Positions 61,871 to 64,000 of a stretch of DNA of 64,000 nt are shown here, in pieces. The position numbers and the translations under genes were made by a program. Numbering within the stretch: the first letter of the stretch is position 1; every line of letters starts with the position of its first letter. Source of the stretch: Hemiscyllium ocellatum (taxonomy: Eukaryota); assembly GCF_020745735.1 (NCBI RefSeq), contig NC_083403.1, positions 126,312,526 to 126,376,525 on the forward strand. Direction: 5' to 3'. The notes beneath the pieces were generated by a model. The model was not told the origin of the DNA, searched no databases, and saw only the letters and a program-made list of their open reading frames with translations.

Positions 61871-64000
61871 TTAAGGTTGAAGGACTGTAATCACTCTTTG
61901 TTCTGATAATAGAACACAATGTGTCCATCTGTGGGTCTTCAATGCTGCTGGATTCCTCATCCTAACCTGAGGTTGAAGCTGTAGCTTCCCTTTTGCCAGA
62001 TTTCAATGAGGATGTCATTACCGGTGCCAAGGTATTTTGTTTATTGTTCTTTGCTGAGGAATGGGTCAGAGAATTGCTCAAGCAGCACGCTGGGCTGATA
62101 CTGGCATCTAATAAATAAGTCCTCCTCTCCCCCCCTATCCAGTTGCCGGTCACCTTTGTGTGGCGTACTCCATGTCATGTTCGATTCTGCTGTGCATTCA
62201 CATTCAGAAAGCTTGAAGTCAGCAAAATATGCCTGCCACACCGTTCCTCCAGGCCACTAGGAACAAATATAGAAAGTGTCACATACTTGCGCAGTCATGG
62301 CATCAAACAGAAGAATCTAACCTACAACGAATCAGTAAGTAGTGAATGCCTCCTTTAGGTAATAACAGGGAGCTAGCTATCTTCTTGCTGTTGTTCACAT
62401 GTTCAGCTGTGTGAGGTTAAGGGTCAACGTTAACTAGGATGTTGAGCTCCAACAGGACCAATGACAAGGTACTGTTGTACTTGGGTTGAAATCATGATCT
62501 ATCTGCTCTCTGTACTTCCATGCCTGAAAGTTTGCACACTCCAAAACAATGTCGTTTTGGAACTCCAAGAGCACTTTTAGAGCTCAAACAACAGATGTTA
62601 AAGAGCACAATTTCTTGTAATTTTATAGAACATCCTCTCTGCAATATGTTACTAAACACTTTCAGAAAGCTAAGTGGACAATGTCTACTGGCTTCCTTCA
62701 CCCAACTATTTCATAGCTTCTTTTAAAAAAAATTACATTTCCAAAACATACCTTGTTTTTTTTTAATGAAAGTCACATTGGATGTCCTTACTATGTCTCA
62801 ATCGTACCAAGTAAAAATATAAAATATATTGCTTTTCCAATAATCCCCTTAAGCATCTTTCTATTACTGTTGTCACAGTAATGGGTCTGCAGTCACCCAG
62901 ATCTGTGTTGTCACCTTCTGAAAAGACGGAGACTACATTAACTTCATTCTAGTCTAAGAAACCTGCTGCAGGATGCACTGAGCTATTAAAAATCTGGGCT
63001 TGGAAATTGCACAACATGGCCAGTGATGTGTGGGCAAATGCACCTATTACGTTTGAATAAAATCAAATTATATGTTAGAGATAAAAAGAAGTAACTGAAA
63101 AGACTTTTTTTTTAATACAGCATCTAACATGTTACACCTCTTTCCAGTGAGTTAACTCTAATTATAGGCTATTAAACTTTTAGCTGCTTCTTTGTGAAAG
63201 TAGTCAGTAGATTTGTACTCTTGACCTCCATCTGTTTCTCTTCCCCTCGCTTTGATTTCTTTTTTCCTTTGCTCACTTGACCATGCCTGTTTTGCCCTAA
63301 AAGAACTATTAACCCTGCTGTTTCCCCTCAGGATGCTGAAGCACCTTCTGTTATATTTGGAAATTATGAGATTATTTGTTTAGAGGATAACTAATATTAT
63401 TGTGGAACTCCAAGCTCCTTTTAAAAAATGAGAAATTACATTGTTAATAGTTAATCAAAGATAAAATCAACCCCAAGCACAGGATTCTAAAATTTGTGCA
63501 ATGTGATTACTTTATTTGTTTCTGTATCAAACTTGTCAATTGACTAATGATTGATTTGTGACCGAATTTCTTGAAAGTGAGTGGGGTAAGGGAAGTCTGT
63601 TTGGCTGATGAGGCACTTCCATAATGGCTTCTTTGGCAATGGAGAGAGGAAATGAATTAACACTCGATGAAGAATTGGCAATGTGACATGTGAAACAGGC
63701 AACCTCACAGTACACCAGTGCACTGACTCTCCAACTGGATCATGTCACCTTGAAATGAACATCCAACAGAAGGGCGCAGAAGATCTCCCCATACAGTACC
63801 AGGTAAAGGAAGCATTATAGTTTTGTTACAGGTACTGTGATCCTTCCAAGATAAGTAGTTAGAAAAATCTTTGTGCCAGTCAGCTATGTGAATTTTAACT
63901 GAGTGTGCCTTTTGCCTACTTAGTGGTCATAAAAACACAACTCTTGGAGCCCTGCGTTTGGATTCCCTGAGATAAGGTAAGTATGGTAATAGTGGGGCTA

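Noticed and set aside
63603-63630. Additional hammerhead (CTGATGAG); similar heptamers at ~41920 and ~34165
   Set aside because: No stem II followed by GAAA-NN-UH; chance matches or PLE UTR sequence
63924-63983. Coding exon ending at the strong donor AAG|GTAAGT
   Set aside because: Stops in all three frames from the nearest acceptor; could only be a non-coding or terminal exon, unsupported

Overview
Non-coding, repeat-dense vertebrate genomic DNA, very probably from a shark or other elasmobranch (inferred from the HE1/V-SINE-type and Deu/SacSINE-type SINEs and from the CR1 and Penelope families present). No host gene can be firmly supported; there are only weak micro-exon candidates. The window is dominated by CR1-clade LINEs. 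These include a three-level nest at ~24.8-34.4 kb whose innermost member is a young, nearly full-length element (Zn-knuckle/leucine-zipper/SGNH-esterase ORF1; APE-RT ORF2). Also present are tRNA-derived SINEs, a Tigger-like MITE, solo-LTR-like segments, a decayed Gypsy, a decayed Harbinger and two large minisatellites. The most striking signal is about a dozen short Penelope-like-element (PLE) termini from four sequence families. Wherever the core region survives it is a minimal type-I hammerhead ribozyme motif (CUGANGA-stem II-GAAA-NN-UH with a usually palindromic loop III). Several are inserted as fold-back hairpins with 12-13 bp target-site duplications and an inversion point at or inside the ribozyme. 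One (49040-49228) is a perfect 60-bp hairpin with an intact hammerhead core at its apex. A second notable signal is an in-phase U_UUA_AAC slippery heptamer at the ORF1/ORF2 junction of the young CR1. All coordinates were read by eye; boundaries of old repeats are approximate.
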